Program-made: the position numbers and the translations under genes
The notes under the pieces: model-generated
The model's input: only the letters and a program-made list of their open reading frames with translations
Told to the model about the DNA's origin: nothing
Database searches by the model: none
NCBI GenBank assembly: GCA_963693365.1
Contig: CAVNZM010000001.1
Location: 9,130,907 to 9,194,906 of the forward strand
Reading direction: 5' to 3'
Length of the DNA: 64,000 nucleotides
Source of the DNA: Amoebidium appalachense
Lineage: Eukaryota > Protista > Ichthyosporea
Shown here: positions 62,285 to 64,000 of the stretch, piece by piece
How positions within the stretch are numbered: position 1 is the first letter of the stretch
How the letters are laid out: every line of letters begins with the position of its first letter

Positions 62285-63122
62285 ATGATTGACATATCCG
62301 ATACGCAGAGTAAGTGTTTAAACCAGTCTAGAACCCAATTTATGAAAGCCTTCAGCACCTACTTACACACACGCACGTACAAACACGCACACACAGGTAC
62401 ACACGCGCACACGCGCACACGCACACACGCACACACACAAGCGTGCCTACACACACACACAAACACACACACACAAACACACACAAACACACACCACACG
62501 CACGCGCACACGCACACACACACGCGCGCGCGCGCGCGTAGGCACGCTTATGGTCACATCGAAGAACTGCCCATGACCTGCACAAGCAAGCACGTGTACT
62601 ACCAAAGCCATACATCCGTTTACCAGGCACGTGTTTTGGCTCACACCAATATAAAAGAACGATGGTGAAAATAGGTTACAAGGGTTGAGGCACACACACG
62701 ACACACACGTTTGCTCTCGCCCACACATACACACATGGGCAAACATAAAACATCTACCCACCCAAGCACGTGCGCACATGCGTGCTACACACACTTATGC
62801 ACTCACCCACCCACCTACACAACCACCCACCCACCCATCCACCCACCTGCGCACGCACGGTACACACGCACGCACACATGCTCGCATGCACACACACACG
62901 CACACACGCACACACGCACACACACACAAATACACACACACACACAACACACGCACACAACACACACACACAACCACAAACACACACATCCAGTTTAGGT
63001 TCACTGTAATACTAACCAGACCTTTCACAGAGATTGGGGCCGGCCTAGCGGCTTTTGGCTCCCTCTTCGTTTTCATGGGTGTTCTTATGTTCTTCGACCG
63101 GGGTCTTCTCGCTATGGGCAAC
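62285..63122 (+). CDS. GOT1: Vesicle transport protein GOT1 (first two exons 62285-62309 and 63031-63122; continues beyond the window)
   Basis: Spliced sequence MIDISDTQKIGAGLAAFGSLFVFMGVLMFFDRGLLAMGN matches the GOT1/GOLT1 N-terminus. Splice sites GTAAGT..CACAG and GTAATC. Confidence 0.92.
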
Positions 63123-63354
63123 GTAATCCCCGCTATCCCCTTCCTCCCCTCCTCCCCCCCTCCCCCCCCCCCCCCCCCCCGGCCTTAGTTTGCACACACA
63201 TCTTCACCGTTTTGCTCACCTTGCTTGCATAAGCAACCCTACTCGTCTTTGATCAAGACGGGCTGACCCTCCCAAGTTCAGTTGATGCTGCTGTCTGAGT
63301 TGGAGAGTCGAATATACGCGGGCTAAGGGGTCGAAACTCAGACGCAATTGATGA

Positions 63355-63500
63355 CTTGGGCCCTCCCTGAGGATGGGCTCTGCTTATGACGCATACTGTG
63401 CGCATGGATGATGTTGCATACTTGAATGTTTGCATTTGCATGTGTCCTGCACCATGCTTCTCATCGTGTATGCGTACTTCATACCGTGTTCCGCATTCAA
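63355..63500 (+). repeat. Intronic dispersed repeat copy
   Basis: ACTTGGGCCCTCCCTGAGGATGGGCTCTGCTTATG...CCGTGTTCCGCATTCAA followed by poly-C. Confidence 0.85.
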
Positions 63501-63524
63501 CCCCCCCCCCCCCCCCCCCCCCTC

Positions 63525-63563
<39 letters not shown>

Positions 63564-63853
63564 CCCCCCCCACTGTTCAACAACCCCCATTGTTTTGTTA
63601 TTTTTATAACTGATGTATTAAATATTTTCTACTGCCGTAACAGTGTGTAGTTGTGGGAACTGAAAGGATGCATGTGGCTGGGTGTTGGGGGGGGGGGGGG
63701 GCAAGCAGCATAAACGGAAGCGAGAGAAGCAGGAGGAGGAGAGGGGGGAGGCAGGGGGGGAGGGGGGGGGGGGGGAGGAGAGGGGGATGACAAGTGCATC
63801 ACTTTTTCTGTATATCTTTGATCCCCCCCCCCCCCCCCCCCTCCCTCCCTCCC

Positions 63854-63884
<31 letters not shown>

Positions 63885-64000
63885 AAAGAAAGAAAAGAAA
63901 AGAAAAAAAACCCCCAACCACGGCCACTGCCACCCACCCACCGCCACCCACCATTTTATTGCTTCCTGCTTGTGGTTGCGCTCTAACCTCAAATGTTTTT

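Overview
Eukaryotic, intron-rich genomic DNA packed with poly-C/poly-G runs and (CA)n/(GA)n microsatellites. Most entries in the ORF track are repeat noise. Gene content points to a unicellular opisthokont, probably a holozoan (inference). Genes rebuilt by hand from splice sites: a small protein with two Tondu (VGLL4-like) motifs; a DUF4436-like membrane protein; VDAC (5 exons); a 6-exon, about 1540-aa gene fusing a DUF6729-like domain and a Mutator-like DDE transposase with a WRN-like DEDDy 3'-5' exonuclease inserted inside it; a divergent CPT1-like carnitine acyltransferase (about 18 exons); a 3-RRM G/Q/N-rich RNA-binding protein with a clear U12 AT-AC intron; and the start of GOT1. Also present: a foldback MITE family (3 copies), an intronic repeat whose copies all lie sense to their host genes, three GC-AG introns, and tandemly amplified splice acceptors. 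Several single-base frameshifts sit in homopolymers and are most likely sequencing errors.
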